The notes: generated from the sequence alone by a model not told the origin. DNA of 64,000 bases from a bacterium (GCA_046757525.1 JBHHYI010000002.1:9326-73325); one strand, 5' to 3'; shown: positions 28,126 through 38,794, numbered from the stretch's first letter. Numbers and translations are program-made.

Positions 28126-28483
28126 GCCAATAGCCGCGGCAGTGGTTACGGTTCTCGCAATTTGTATCGCCATAGCCCTGGCGTTTTATTCGAGTTTAAA
28201 GTTAGATTCGAAATCGGAAAGTGGTAAGCCCGCTGATCCGCAGAAAGCGGTCATGGCCGAGACACAAGCGATGAATAAAGCCCGCCTGGATGGCCTGGCC
28301 AACCAGGGTAAAGTAATAAAAGGCATGAGATCAGAACAAGTTCGTGTGGCACTTGGTGAACCTGTACGGATTGAAGAAGTGACACAAAAAGGTGAGGTCG
28401 TGACGGTTTGGTGGTATAAACGCCAGGGTTGGCTACGTGTTGTTTTTGAGCAAGGGAAGGTGGCAGAAGTTGAAAGGCCTTAG
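28109..28483 (+). CDS. Hypothetical membrane-anchored periplasmic protein.
   Basis: It starts MPKVNKPIAAAVVTVLAICIAIALAFY (N-terminal TM helix). The start at 28109 was chosen over the ORF-track start at 28085. Confidence 0.4.
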   Translation: MPKVNKPIAAAVVTVLAICIAIALAFYSSLKLDSKSESGKPADPQKAVMAETQAMNKARLDGLANQGKVIKGMRSEQVRVALGEPVRIEEVTQKGEVVTVWWYKRQGWLRVVFEQGKVAEVERP

Positions 28484-28711
28484 TCCTCTTTCGATTGCTC
28501 TGAACTCAAATGTGTTTGCGTATGTCAAAGAAGAAAACTAATACCGATCTTAATCAATTCAATAACTGAATGAGCTATAAGCACAACACGGCGAATTACG
28601 ACCCTGCCACCAATGCGGTAGCAGAAGAATTCTTTTGCGGTTGTCCTGATTGCACTGAGGATTGGGTCCTGATGAACAAAGCTATTTTACCAGCAGATTA
28701 AGGAATAAATC

Positions 28712-29068
28712 ATGGATAAGTTAACCAAGAGTATTCTCTTAGCAGGCGTGGTTTTTTCGTTACAACTAATGGACTGCTACAAAGGGTCGCTTGTACTTGG
28801 CCAAAATGTTGTGCAGCGGACCGAAGTTGTCCGCACACAAGTAAGCACAGATAGCGCGCAAATTATGCAAGTCACTCTAAAAAGCTTGAGCGCATCTGCT
28901 GACAAATCGGCCCTGGAATCCATCCAGAACATTCTACAAAACATTGAAGGAGTAATCTATAGATTTGCCCAATTTAACAAGGTAATTAAAGAATCGAATG
29001 TGAATGCTCTACCTGTAAACATGAGCATTAGCATGGTGCCCTTTGGGAACGCCTATCAGCTACAATAA
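28712..29068 (+). CDS. Hypothetical small secreted protein in an AT-rich islet.
   Basis: 118 aa with a signal peptide (MDKLTKSILLAGVVFSLQLMDC). No recognisable motif. Confidence 0.4.
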   Translation: MDKLTKSILLAGVVFSLQLMDCYKGSLVLGQNVVQRTEVVRTQVSTDSAQIMQVTLKSLSASADKSALESIQNILQNIEGVIYRFAQFNKVIKESNVNALPVNMSISMVPFGNAYQLQ

Positions 29069-29213
29069 CAAAATCAGTTGGTTGGAAGAAATTCCAATTG
29101 ATAAATAGGGCATACGATTGCTTGGGTTCCAACCTGAAGACTCTCGTTTGCAGAATCTTTTTCAAGCTTGAAGAGTACAATAGAATGAAATTGTCTAATA
29201 TTCTACATTTTGA

Positions 29214-30344
29214 TTGAATCTCGTGCTAAGCCCGGAAGAAAAAAAGCCCATCATTATTCTCGTTGGATTGATTGTTATTATCACTGTCTTGCATTACAGT
29301 ACGACCACAACTAAAGGTTCCTTGCACGAAGTCTACAAGACTCTGTATTATATCCCGATTATCTTGGCTGCCTTTCATTTTGGCATCAAGGGGGGTTTGA
29401 TAGCCTCATTAAGCATTAGTGCTGTGTATTTGCCCCACGTGATCTTTCAGTGGCGAGGAGAATTGGAGGAATTTACCCACCGTTTATTAGAAATTGGACT
29501 GTACAATGTGGCAGCGTACATTGTGGGCCGGCTGTCTCAAGGGGAGCGCGCAGAACGCAACAAATACGAGCAAGCCGCCGAACAACTGCGCGAATCGTAT
29601 GAACAGCTCCAGCACCAGTCCGAGACTCTGGCTGAAGTAGAGGAGCAGTTACGACATTCAGACCGACTGTCGGTTATGGGGGAACTGGCTGCCAGTCTGG
29701 CGCATGAGGTACGGAATCCCCTGGGCTCCATTAAAGGGGCGGTAGAGATTCTGCAGGACGATTATCCCAAGGAGAATCCAAACTACCAGTTTCTACAAAT
29801 CCTCGTCAAAGAAGTCAATCGTCTGAATCAGGTCATAGAGAATTTCCTGAGCCTGGCGCGTTCAAGGGTCTCGCAGATTCAGGAGTTACCCCTGCAGGAG
29901 ACTGTGAATTCCGTTGTCAACATTGTGTCAGCAAAGGCACACAAAGAGAAAGTGGCCATCGATTGTCGTTTTCCGGACCACCCTGTGCTCATAAAAGCCG
30001 ATGAAAACAAATTTCGGCAAGTTTTGCTGAACCTTTTACTAAACGCCATGGCCGCTATCAACGGCGGCGGTCATATTACCATCGACTCTCAGGTCAATAA
30101 CCGGCAGGCAGGCAATCGAATATTAGAGCTGACCATTTCTGACACGGGCAGCGGCATTCCGGAAAGCGAGATGAAAAATATCTTCAAGCCATTTTTTACC
30201 ACGAAAGAACATGGCACAGGTTTAGGCTTACCCATTACCAAGCGCATCATAGAAGAGTGCAACTGGGAGCTTGGGATCGACAGCAAGGTCGGTGAGGGCA
30301 CACAAGTCAGGGTGCGTATCCCCCTAAACGAGGAAACATCATGA
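29214..30344 (+). CDS. Two-component sensor histidine kinase with a membrane-embedded N-terminal domain.
   Basis: It has ~4 N-terminal TM helices and no large periplasmic loop. Then come a coiled coil, a HisKA H-box (LAASLAHEVRNPL) and an HATPase_c domain (DTGSGIPE; GTGLGL). It starts at TTG per the ORF track. Confidence 0.8.
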   Translation: MNLVLSPEEKKPIIILVGLIVIITVLHYSTTTTKGSLHEVYKTLYYIPIILAAFHFGIKGGLIASLSISAVYLPHVIFQWRGELEEFTHRLLEIGLYNVAAYIVGRLSQGERAERNKYEQAAEQLRESYEQLQHQSETLAEVEEQLRHSDRLSVMGELAASLAHEVRNPLGSIKGAVEILQDDYPKENPNYQFLQILVKEVNRLNQVIENFLSLARSRVSQIQELPLQETVNSVVNIVSAKAHKEKVAIDCRFPDHPVLIKADENKFRQVLLNLLLNAMAAINGGGHITIDSQVNNRQAGNRILELTISDTGSGIPESEMKNIFKPFFTTKEHGTGLGLPITKRIIEECNWELGIDSKVGEGTQVRVRIPLNEETS

Positions 30345-31699
30345 AGCAGAATAGAATTTTACTCATTGATGACGATGAGAGCTTGCTGCAGGTGACCGCC
30401 CATCAGCTCAAGCAGGGAGGCTACCAGGTCACCACGGCCATGACTGGAGAGGAAGGTGTGGAGAAATTCAAGGGGGGCACCTTTGAGGTAGTCATCACCG
30501 ATTTGGCCCTCCCGAAGATGAACGGCATCCAGGTCCTGATGGAAGTGAGGCGGCTGAATAAAGAAGTCGCAGTCATCATCATCACAGCCTTCGGCACTAT
30601 TGAAAATGCGGTGGAAGCCTGTGCCCTGGGTGCGGATGACTACCTGACCAAACCCTTCAGCCGCGAGCAGCTTCGGTTCGTGCTGGAAAAAGCCCTGCGG
30701 CTCCGGCACCTGAAAGCGGAAAACCTGCAGCTCAAAAGTGCCCTGTTGGAAAAATACGACTTCACCAACATTGTGGCCAAAAGCGGCAAAATGCAAGAAG
30801 TGTTGAAGATGGTGGGCCGGGTCGCCGAGAGCGAAGCCACCGTGCTGATCCTGGGCGAAAGTGGCACCGGCAAGGAATTGGTGGCGAGAGCCATTCATTA
30901 CAACAGTCCGCGCAAAAGCAGCCCTTTCATCACGGTGAACTGTCCCTCCATTCCGGACAACCTCCTGGAAAGCGAGCTCTTCGGTCACGTAAAGGGCGCG
31001 TACACCGGAGCCACCAAAGACCGGCATGGCAAATTTGAACAGGCGGATGGCGGCACCATTTTCCTGGACGAGATTGGCGATCTGAAGCCCGAATTGCAAG
31101 CCAAGCTGCTGCGTGTGCTGCAAGAAAGAGAGGTTGAACGCGTGGGGGGAGATAAACCGATTAAAGTGGACATCCGGATTCTGGCCGCCACCAATCAGGA
31201 TTTGCAAGCACGCGTGCAAGCTGGTACATTTCGCGAAGACTTGTTTTACCGGCTGACTGTCGTGCCCATCAGGATTCCCCCAATCAGGGAACGCAAAGAA
31301 GAAATCCCCTTTCTGGTTGACCACTTCTTGCACAAGTTTGCCCGCGGCCGTCGCTTGCAGGTGAGCGAACAAGCCATGCAAGCGCTGCTGGATTATGACT
31401 GGCCGGGCAACGTGCGAGAAATAGAAAACGCCATGGAACGGGCTGCTATTCTGAGCACCACGGAGATGATTACACCTGACGTTCTACCGCCACAACTGCG
31501 ACCCACAGAGTTAAATGTCATGGACGGCAATGTCATCCGCATCCCCGATGCAGGCATGGCGTTAGAAGAAATCGAACGCCGCTGCATTCAAATAGCTCTG
31601 GATAAATCGGGCGGCAACCAGACCCGTGCTGCCAAATTCTTGCAAGTCCCCAGACATATTCTTCTGTATCGGATGCGGAAGTTGAAAGTTGGGCAGTAA
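30341..31699 (+). CDS. Sigma-54-dependent response regulator (NtrC/ZraR/AtoC family).
   Basis: It has a REC domain (LLIDDDESL...TDLALPKMNG), an AAA+ sigma-54 activator domain (GESGTGKE; ESELFGHVKGAYTGA) and a C-terminal Fis-type HTH. Its start overlaps the kinase stop. Confidence 0.9.
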   Translation: MKQNRILLIDDDESLLQVTAHQLKQGGYQVTTAMTGEEGVEKFKGGTFEVVITDLALPKMNGIQVLMEVRRLNKEVAVIIITAFGTIENAVEACALGADDYLTKPFSREQLRFVLEKALRLRHLKAENLQLKSALLEKYDFTNIVAKSGKMQEVLKMVGRVAESEATVLILGESGTGKELVARAIHYNSPRKSSPFITVNCPSIPDNLLESELFGHVKGAYTGATKDRHGKFEQADGGTIFLDEIGDLKPELQAKLLRVLQEREVERVGGDKPIKVDIRILAATNQDLQARVQAGTFREDLFYRLTVVPIRIPPIRERKEEIPFLVDHFLHKFARGRRLQVSEQAMQALLDYDWPGNVREIENAMERAAILSTTEMITPDVLPPQLRPTELNVMDGNVIRIPDAGMALEEIERRCIQIALDKSGGNQTRAAKFLQVPRHILLYRMRKLKVGQ

Positions 31700-31754
31700 C
31701 TCTAACAATTCAATGAATGACGGGGCACCAACCACAAAAATAGCGACGAGCGCT

Positions 31755-33098
31755 ATGCACAAGCGATTGAACCGCATGGCTGTTTTAGCCTGCATTTTTT
31801 CGGCTGTCTTCTTACTCACACCGCAGAGACAAACGGTCTACGCACAGCAGACTCCGGATTTGCACGCCACAATTGATTCCATCAGCCAGGATATTGCCAA
31901 AATCCGTGGCCTGCCGTTCAAGCACCGGGTCAACGTTCAGAAACAGTCGCTGCACGATTTTGGTCTCTTTCTCGACAGAACCGTCCTGCAACAGATGCCT
32001 GAATTGCGACTCAGCTATTATGGGAAGATCGTAAAAATGCTTGGATTGTACCGCGGCCCGGAGATTGCAGATTTCAAATCAATGGCAAAACTGATCATGC
32101 AAAGTCAAGCGGCCGCCTATTACGATCCGGCTACAAACACGTTTTACGTGGTCATGCCGGACATTCCCAGGCAGATGCTAAGCACGGTTTACGCGCACGA
32201 GCTTTACCACGGGTTGCAGGATCAATACTTCAACCTGGAGCAATACCTGCTTTCACAAACCAGCGGGGCCCTAAATGACGACGAGTTGCTTGCACGCCAG
32301 GCAGTGGTCGAAGGCGAAGCCACCTACATCATGACCCTCTGGTCCGTTGAGAAGATGCTGGGTTCTCTACCTCAACCATCCATGCTACGGATGATGATCG
32401 ACATGCAAGCCCAAATGGACACGAAGAAAATGCTGGAAATCCTGAAAAGCGAAGCCTTGCCAATGGCAAGCGAAAGCGATGTTGCGAAAGCCGTTCACGC
32501 GCTGGAAGATATCCCCCCTTTCCTCGTCGAAACCCTGATGGGGGTCTATCTGAAGGGCATGGCATTTATCTTTCACATTCAACAACAGGGTTGGCAGAAG
32601 GTCAGCCAGCTCTACGATCCCAACAGGGCGCCGGTGTCTACTGAACAAATCCTTCACGCCGAGAAATGGCTAAAGCAAGAAAAACCGTTTAAGTACCAGT
32701 GGCCTTTCTTTGAGAACGAAGCGACCTTTGAAGGGTGGGAAGTACTCGACAGCAACACGATTGGGGAGTTTCAGTGGCGAATAATCTTCTCAGAGTACGA
32801 CATGGCCAATGTAGCCAGGATAGCGGCGGACGGCTGGGATGGCGACAGTTACGCTATCCTCAAAAACAGCACTAGCGACGATCTGATTTTGCTGCTCGTC
32901 ACAAACTGGGACACCACAAAGGACGCCGAGGAATTTGCCACAAACTACCAGGCGCTTTTGAAAGTTAAGCAACGCGAAAGTCCCGAACCTGCGAAAGTCG
33001 CACAGGAAAACAAAGAGGTTATCGTCGTTGAGGGAGGACGGGAAGGCTCATTAGACGCTATGGTCGCTTTTGTAAGAAAAGTCGCCAAGTCAAAGTAG
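31755..33098 (+). CDS. Secreted putative zinc metallopeptidase (HExxH, gluzincin-like).
   Basis: It has a signal peptide (MHKRLNRMAVLACIFSAVFLLTP). The motif VYAHELYHGLQD (HExxH) is followed by a downstream EGEATY that could supply the third ligand. The ORF-track start at 31689 overlaps the regulator, so I used the in-frame ATG at 31755. Confidence 0.5.
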   Translation: MHKRLNRMAVLACIFSAVFLLTPQRQTVYAQQTPDLHATIDSISQDIAKIRGLPFKHRVNVQKQSLHDFGLFLDRTVLQQMPELRLSYYGKIVKMLGLYRGPEIADFKSMAKLIMQSQAAAYYDPATNTFYVVMPDIPRQMLSTVYAHELYHGLQDQYFNLEQYLLSQTSGALNDDELLARQAVVEGEATYIMTLWSVEKMLGSLPQPSMLRMMIDMQAQMDTKKMLEILKSEALPMASESDVAKAVHALEDIPPFLVETLMGVYLKGMAFIFHIQQQGWQKVSQLYDPNRAPVSTEQILHAEKWLKQEKPFKYQWPFFENEATFEGWEVLDSNTIGEFQWRIIFSEYDMANVARIAADGWDGDSYAILKNSTSDDLILLLVTNWDTTKDAEEFATNYQALLKVKQRESPEPAKVAQENKEVIVVEGGREGSLDAMVAFVRKVAKSK

Positions 33099-33123
33099 AG
33101 GCCGTAGATTACACCAATTTCTT

Positions 33124-33576
33124 TCACGCAAATCTTTGCCGTAAATGCGGTTTCTCCCGGCTCTTTAGCTGCTTTTCAATGTACCTGAGCTGTTCGTTAA
33201 TGATCGCTTTGAGTATCATTGTTTTTGTCGAAGGGTGTGTTATTCTTTCGAGTTTCTTTCTCTGCTTAAGCAAAAAGCGTTTCTCTAACAACAACCGCCT
33301 GCGCCAATCAGCCTTCAGCGGGGCACGGTGGGATTCCGCGATTTGTTCAATGGCGCGGCAGCCTTTGAGGAGCTGTTTGGCAGTGTTAAACTCTGGTAAG
33401 CGGGATTCTCTGACCGCTCTCGTTGCCTGGTGCCACAAGGCATGTTTGAGCGATGGTCTTGCTGGATTCCCTGCTTCGGTTTTCTTCGCGCTTGAACTGT
33501 GGTCGATCCCACTCGTTTGCAGGGCAACCAGGCTCACAATTAGCAGCCCCTTTAATTTGAAGCTATGATTCTGCAA
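33124..33576 (-). CDS. Hypothetical secreted basic protein.
   Basis: 150 aa with a signal peptide and a Lys/Arg-rich helical C-terminus. Confidence 0.4.
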   Translation of the reverse strand: MQNHSFKLKGLLIVSLVALQTSGIDHSSSAKKTEAGNPARPSLKHALWHQATRAVRESRLPEFNTAKQLLKGCRAIEQIAESHRAPLKADWRRRLLLEKRFLLKQRKKLERITHPSTKTMILKAIINEQLRYIEKQLKSREKPHLRQRFA

Positions 33577-33947
33577 AATTCACCTCCTTGCAAATAAGCG
33601 GTCCGTTGCAGAATCCCCATACAAAGCAAGTGCCGGAACGGGAAAACGGCTGTTTCGAAATGGAATTTTGATTCCGCCAGGAAAGGACTCACTCTGCTTT
33701 GCAAGTTAGCTGGAACCGCAGCACCAGAACGTCCTGTAACTGTTTAAAAATCAATATCATTAAAACAATATCTTATGCCGCTGCGGGTTCAAAACAGATT
33801 GACTTTCACCACAGACAGGACCTGCATGAAGGCTGCAAACAAAGAAAAGCTGGCAAACGCAGTCCGGCTTTCAAAAGCGCGGGGAAAATAATTCCAATTG
33901 AGGACTCAACGGTAGGCAAAAAAGTGTGCTCTGCGCCCCCTGATGGT

Positions 33948-35249
33948 TCATCGTGCTACCTTGGGTCGGGCACCCACTTCGGCGTTTTTCAAGACGGCAC
34001 GAATCGTGCTCCAAAGGTTGTATTTTTCAATGGTACTCAGGTCATAGATGTACAAACCATTGGTTTGTTCCATGGCCATAGTCAGGGCAAGCTTGAATTC
34101 ATCGCGATTGCTCCGGAATTGTTCTGCCCAAACTGAGGCATAAACAGGGCGATAGCTGTCAACCGCTTCCATGGCCAGCTTGGTCGCGCCTTCGATGCTC
34201 ATCCACCATTCGGCCCCCACTTTTTCGGCTTGATCCATATCGAGGCGTGGAAAGTAGCAGGCGGCAATTAGATAATCCACCAAATTCACTATGCTTGTGT
34301 TGTGATACTTCGGCGTCGACCAATCTGCATCAAAAGCGTAATTGGGGCTTGCCCAGTTAACTCCATATTCATAATAGGTGGGATACCACGCACCCACCAG
34401 ATTGCCAATTTCAATGTTCCGGTTGACCTCTCTCACTTTTTGAACCAATCTGGTCAAGAAGGTCTTAATACTGCGGGACCGAAATTCAATCCAGCGTTGA
34501 AAAAAGTTGCCAGGCACAATCTGCCATTCATCGTTCTGGTATTGCCATTCATACACATCCTTGGGCCACCATTGAAAGTTTGAGCCTTGCCCTATCGACT
34601 GCAAGAAAACCCCTTTGGTATAATCAGAAAAATCTGACTCAATGCTGTTGAACCGGATTCTATCGAAAATGATGTTGTCCACTTTGTACTTTTTCAAGAA
34701 TTCAGTCACCACGCGTATTTCATAGTCCTGCACTTCTTGCAGCAGTGGATTGACAAACGCCGCCGTGCCAAACGCCCAATCGGTGATCGGCATGACTTTC
34801 GGCTCATTCTCATCGACGACATAGACATAAGTTTGCCACTCGGGCTTATCGTTGTAAACAGGTCCCCGCCTCTGGAGCATGTGACCTTCAGAAAAAATAG
34901 TAAACACTGGGTAGAATTGGATTTTACGTTTTCTGCACTCTTCCTGAAAAATCTTCACCGGATCGAGATTCAACGGCAACCGGTAATCTTCCCAATCCAG
35001 CAGTCTGGGGGCTATTTTACTCTCGTAGAGGACTTCGCCGCTTAAACATTTCACGCCCAAAGCAATCGCTTCAATTCCGGCACTTTGGACGCGTGTTATT
35101 ATGTTGATGATGCCACCCCGACTGCTTATTTTCTTGATGTTTGAAATGGGGTCGCACCAAAGAACAGCAGGCCGGTCTGATTTCTGTGAGTAACTGAGCG
35201 TGAAATCAAATAGGAGAAAAGCAAGCAACACGAAGAGTCGTGGCAACAT
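33948..35249 (-). CDS. Secreted glycoside-hydrolase-like protein (GHL10 / DUF187-like TIM barrel).
   Basis: 433 aa with a signal peptide. It carries conserved aromatic and acidic blocks (WCDP, FYPVFTIF, YVYVVDENEP, NIIFDRIRF, WWMSIEG) reminiscent of GHL10 family proteins. Not verified. Confidence 0.5.
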   Translation of the reverse strand: MLPRLFVLLAFLLFDFTLSYSQKSDRPAVLWCDPISNIKKISSRGGIINIITRVQSAGIEAIALGVKCLSGEVLYESKIAPRLLDWEDYRLPLNLDPVKIFQEECRKRKIQFYPVFTIFSEGHMLQRRGPVYNDKPEWQTYVYVVDENEPKVMPITDWAFGTAAFVNPLLQEVQDYEIRVVTEFLKKYKVDNIIFDRIRFNSIESDFSDYTKGVFLQSIGQGSNFQWWPKDVYEWQYQNDEWQIVPGNFFQRWIEFRSRSIKTFLTRLVQKVREVNRNIEIGNLVGAWYPTYYEYGVNWASPNYAFDADWSTPKYHNTSIVNLVDYLIAACYFPRLDMDQAEKVGAEWWMSIEGATKLAMEAVDSYRPVYASVWAEQFRSNRDEFKLALTMAMEQTNGLYIYDLSTIEKYNLWSTIRAVLKNAEVGARPKVAR

Positions 35250-35265
35250 TCAAGGCTCCAGGTCT

Positions 35266-35529
35266 CTAAAATAATATTCTGCTAAAAGCGAGGCTTAACA
35301 GGCCCAACAAAGTGATGGCTATGCCTATGGCGACCGAGATCGCACCAGATTCGTGCTTTTTGAAGACCAGGCTGATCCCAAAAGAGGCTAACAACATGCC
35401 AAAAAATACGGTAAATCGATGGGTACTCAATCCCACCAGCAAACAGAAAACAGCCCAAATGACCCATTTTTCCTGAGTCGTGAAGCCTCTTTTTTGTTTC
35501 TTTATCTCTTGCATCAGCGGTGCACTCAA
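35266..35529 (-). CDS. Small two-TM membrane protein (hypothetical).
   Basis: 87 aa with two hydrophobic helices. Confidence 0.35.
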   Translation of the reverse strand: MSAPLMQEIKKQKRGFTTQEKWVIWAVFCLLVGLSTHRFTVFFGMLLASFGISLVFKKHESGAISVAIGIAITLLGLLSLAFSRILF

Positions 35530-35634
35530 CGAAAGGTAAAAATCTTATTTGATTTTAACAAACGTTTTTTGCAAATAAAAAGGCAGGAAATTGGATTTCC
35601 TGCCTTCTTGTTTCTGCGAATGGTGAGATTGTCG

Positions 35635-36168
35635 CTATACCCGGCCATAGGAACCTGCCAAATCATTCAGCAGATTCTCAAACACCTCCTCCGTCAAGTT
35701 AAACGGGATGCGCGAGCGCTTTTTTGCGCCCTGGTTGTCGATTTCATATCGTTGCAACACCAACGTTCCCAGGGCATCCAAAATGATTTCGAAATACGTA
35801 ACGGTGCTTTTCTCTCGTCTCGGCGACTCACTTCGCAACTGAATTCTCGCATTGTTAGCGTCTATTTCAATGATAGCCAGGTTTTCCAACAGATAGCCAA
35901 TGTTCTCCGCCAAATAGTTCGCTTGTTCTTTCAACGCGCTCAACTCGGTAGCCTGCTGGCCCGCTTCATTTTCTGAAGTCAACTCGATCTTGTCGATCAA
36001 ATAACTGTATTTGTCGAAATCTTTGACCTCCACCCGTAAATTAATTCCGTGGTGCAGGTGGTTAAAAACATAATCTTCGTTCTGGCCAGTTAAACCAAGC
36101 TCTTTTTGTTCGAAAAGATAATTCTGTAGTTTCTCCAGCGCAGTTCTGCCAATCTTCATGGGTGTCAC
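35635..36168 (-). CDS. Hypothetical protein tightly linked downstream of spoVR.
   Basis: 177 aa. It has no signal peptide or TM helix and looks alpha-helical. It starts 10 nt after the spoVR stop. Confidence 0.45.
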   Translation of the reverse strand: MTPMKIGRTALEKLQNYLFEQKELGLTGQNEDYVFNHLHHGINLRVEVKDFDKYSYLIDKIELTSENEAGQQATELSALKEQANYLAENIGYLLENLAIIEIDANNARIQLRSESPRREKSTVTYFEIILDALGTLVLQRYEIDNQGAKKRSRIPFNLTEEVFENLLNDLAGSYGRV

Positions 36169-36177
36169 CTCCTCAAA

Positions 36178-37668
36178 TTAATCTATTTCAATTTCTGTGT
36201 GTTCATTACCATCATAACTTAATAGCGTTTTCACCTCTTCGATTATGGTTTCCAGGTGCACCGGTCGCGTCCAAATTTTGAACAGGTTTTTCAGAGTATC
36301 CCTGGCTTCGTTGTCTTGAAGGTCGACACCTTCATGTTGGTGAACAAGGTACAGTTCACCGCGATTAAGATAATTTGCATCCACGACATAAATGAACGGT
36401 TGTCCAAAATTTGTCAAGCTGAATAGTAATTTTTCCTTGACTTGTTTGAAATCTCTATCCGTAATTTCGTATAGATTGTTTCGATCGTTGTAATTATATA
36501 CGAACAATTTTTGTTCTCTGCAAAAATCCGGTGTCAAAAAAGCGTCGATGAACATCAGGTCGTTATAGAGTTTACGCACTTCAAAGATCTTTTCGGTGCC
36601 TAAACCTGTGTCTCGATTCCAGTTTTTCTTGGTTAGCCAATCGTCGCATTCGTCATACTCTTTGCCGAATTTCCCTTTGTTCCAACGGTCTTCGATGTCC
36701 CGAAAAAGCTCCACACCTAACTTGTAGGGATTCAACCTGCCCGTGCCGGTTAGCAAAGTTCCTGAGTGGTGGTCGGCGTAATCAATTACTTCAGAGTCCG
36801 ACAGACATTTTTCGGTCATGATTTTGGAATGCCAGTAGGTAGCCCAGCCTTCGTTCATGATCTTTGTCTGTCCCTGGGGCGCGAAGTAGTAGGCTTCTTC
36901 ACGGACGATTGAAAGAATGTCCCGCTGCCACTTCTCCAAGGGTGCGTTCTCGATCAAAAACTTAAGAATGTCGCGTTCTGGCTCCTCGGGATGCTTATGT
37001 TTCTGCTCTTTTTCGCGTTCGTCCGCCAATTGTCTTTGTTGCTCCAAAAACTCCGCTGGATTAATGTACGCGTCCATGTACGACTTGCTTTTCAGCTTCA
37101 ACGGTGTGCTGGTTTCGGGTGCTTCCTCCCCCACAGCCAGCATATCATCGTCCCTATTGCGCTTTATGAATTCTGAGTGCAGATCGATCAAATTCTCCAG
37201 TGACAGGCAGGTGTCAATGAAGTCCTCGACCACTTCAACACTGCGACTTTCGACGTAACGACGAATTTGGGTGGCATGATTAGCCATTTCATCCATCATT
37301 TTTCTGTTTGTATTCTGGAAACAAAGGTTGTTCTTAAAGAAATCGCAGTGGGCGTGCACATGCGCCATGACCAGCTTCTGGTCGACCAAGTTGTTGCTCT
37401 TCATCAAATAAGCATAGCAGGGATCGTTGTTGATCACCAACTCGTAGATTTTCTGCAAGCCGTAGGAATAGCCCTTGGAAAGCTCCTCGTATTCCATGCC
37501 AAAGCGCCAATGCGGATACCTGGTAGGAAATCCACCATAGCTGGCCACTTCATTCAACTCATCAAACTCGACGACCTCAAAGATGGTCTCAAAAAAGTCT
37601 AAGCCGAAATCCGAGGCGTAACCTTTGATTTCCTCTTGAATATCGACGAGATGTTTAGGTAGATTCAT
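36178..37668 (-). CDS. spoVR: SpoVR/YcgB-family protein.
   Basis: 496 aa. The N-terminus MNLPKHLVDIQEEIKGYASDFGLDFFETIFEVVEFDELNEVASYGGFPTRYPHWRFGMEYE is strongly SpoVR-like. Confidence 0.85.
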   Translation of the reverse strand: MNLPKHLVDIQEEIKGYASDFGLDFFETIFEVVEFDELNEVASYGGFPTRYPHWRFGMEYEELSKGYSYGLQKIYELVINNDPCYAYLMKSNNLVDQKLVMAHVHAHCDFFKNNLCFQNTNRKMMDEMANHATQIRRYVESRSVEVVEDFIDTCLSLENLIDLHSEFIKRNRDDDMLAVGEEAPETSTPLKLKSKSYMDAYINPAEFLEQQRQLADEREKEQKHKHPEEPERDILKFLIENAPLEKWQRDILSIVREEAYYFAPQGQTKIMNEGWATYWHSKIMTEKCLSDSEVIDYADHHSGTLLTGTGRLNPYKLGVELFRDIEDRWNKGKFGKEYDECDDWLTKKNWNRDTGLGTEKIFEVRKLYNDLMFIDAFLTPDFCREQKLFVYNYNDRNNLYEITDRDFKQVKEKLLFSLTNFGQPFIYVVDANYLNRGELYLVHQHEGVDLQDNEARDTLKNLFKIWTRPVHLETIIEEVKTLLSYDGNEHTEIEID

Positions 37669-37690
37669 CGTGATCCTTACGGCTTAACTG

Positions 37691-38794
37691 TTATTTGCCC
37701 TTGCCCAAGAACTGCTTAATAGAATCGTAAATGCCCTCTTTGTCGAGTATTTCAGAAAAAACGATCTTGTCTTCTTCGTGAAAGTAGTCTTCCAAGTCCT
37801 GAATGAACTGCCCGCTGCCGTAGGGACTTTCAACCTGACCGTAACAAAATAGATTCGATTTTGGAATCAAATGTGTCTCGAGTATTGCGATGCACTCGTC
37901 CGTATCGATTTCGCCCCAATTATCGCCATCGGAAAAATGGAAGAGATAGATGTTCCACTCAGATGGACTGTAAGACTCACCGATCAGTCTGTTGGCTAAC
38001 TTGTACGCAGAAGAAATAATGGTGCCGCCGCTTTCCCGAGTGTGATAGAAAGTGTCCTTGTCGACGATGCGCGCCACCGCATCATGGATGATGTAGCGAG
38101 TCTCAATATTTTTGTACTGGTATCTCAACCAGGTGTCTATCCAAAACGCCTCAATTCGAACAATCTCTTTTTGCTCTTCACCCATGGAACCCGAAACATC
38201 CATCATGTAGATGATCACGGCGTTGCTCTCCGGCTCCTGCGTAACTTTCCAGGATCTATATCTTCGATCTTCGCGAATGGGGATGATGACGGGGTTGTCC
38301 GGGTTGTAGGTCTGCATTATGAGTTGCCGCTTCAAAGCCTGCTTGTACGTTCTCTTAAAATGCTTTAGAGAGTCAGGCCCGGTTTGACTAATACCGGTGT
38401 ATTTATCCTTGTTGTCAGTGATGTTTTTCTTCCCCTTAGGCTCGACGTTGGGCAATTCCAATTCCTCGCCCAACATTTGCGCAAGTTCATCCAGCGTAAT
38501 GTCAACTTCCAGGATGTGTTCGCCAGGAGCATCCCCGGCACCTGGGCCCGGTTGCAACTCACCACGTCCCAGCGGGGTTCCGATGGCACCTTCGCCTTGA
38601 CCCACGCCACCCGCCTTCTTGGTGCCGTAACGAAAATGCGGAATACGAATCTGCGGCAAAGGAATGCTGACGAAATCTTTGCCCTTCTTTCCGATCAACT
38701 CCCCGCGTGTAATATACTTTCTGAGATCCTTTTTGACCTTACCACGGATGATTTGCCGAAAACGATTCTGATCCTTGTCAATTCGTTTAACCAT
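37691..38794 (-). CDS. DUF444 / YeaH / YhbH-family protein with a vWA-like domain.
   Basis: 367 aa. The N-terminus reads [53 protein letters not shown], and the C-terminal region is vWA-like. Confidence 0.85.
   Translation of the reverse strand: MVKRIDKDQNRFRQIIRGKVKKDLRKYITRGELIGKKGKDFVSIPLPQIRIPHFRYGTKKAGGVGQGEGAIGTPLGRGELQPGPGAGDAPGEHILEVDITLDELAQMLGEELELPNVEPKGKKNITDNKDKYTGISQTGPDSLKHFKRTYKQALKRQLIMQTYNPDNPVIIPIREDRRYRSWKVTQEPESNAVIIYMMDVSGSMGEEQKEIVRIEAFWIDTWLRYQYKNIETRYIIHDAVARIVDKDTFYHTRESGGTIISSAYKLANRLIGESYSPSEWNIYLFHFSDGDNWGEIDTDECIAILETHLIPKSNLFCYGQVESPYGSGQFIQDLEDYFHEEDKIVFSEILDKEGIYDSIKQFLGKGK

Noticed and set aside
30359-31381. 340 aa antisense ORF inside the sigma-54 response regulator
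   Set aside because: It overlaps a gene with unmistakable AAA+ sigma-54 activator motifs, and the antisense peptide is low-complexity.
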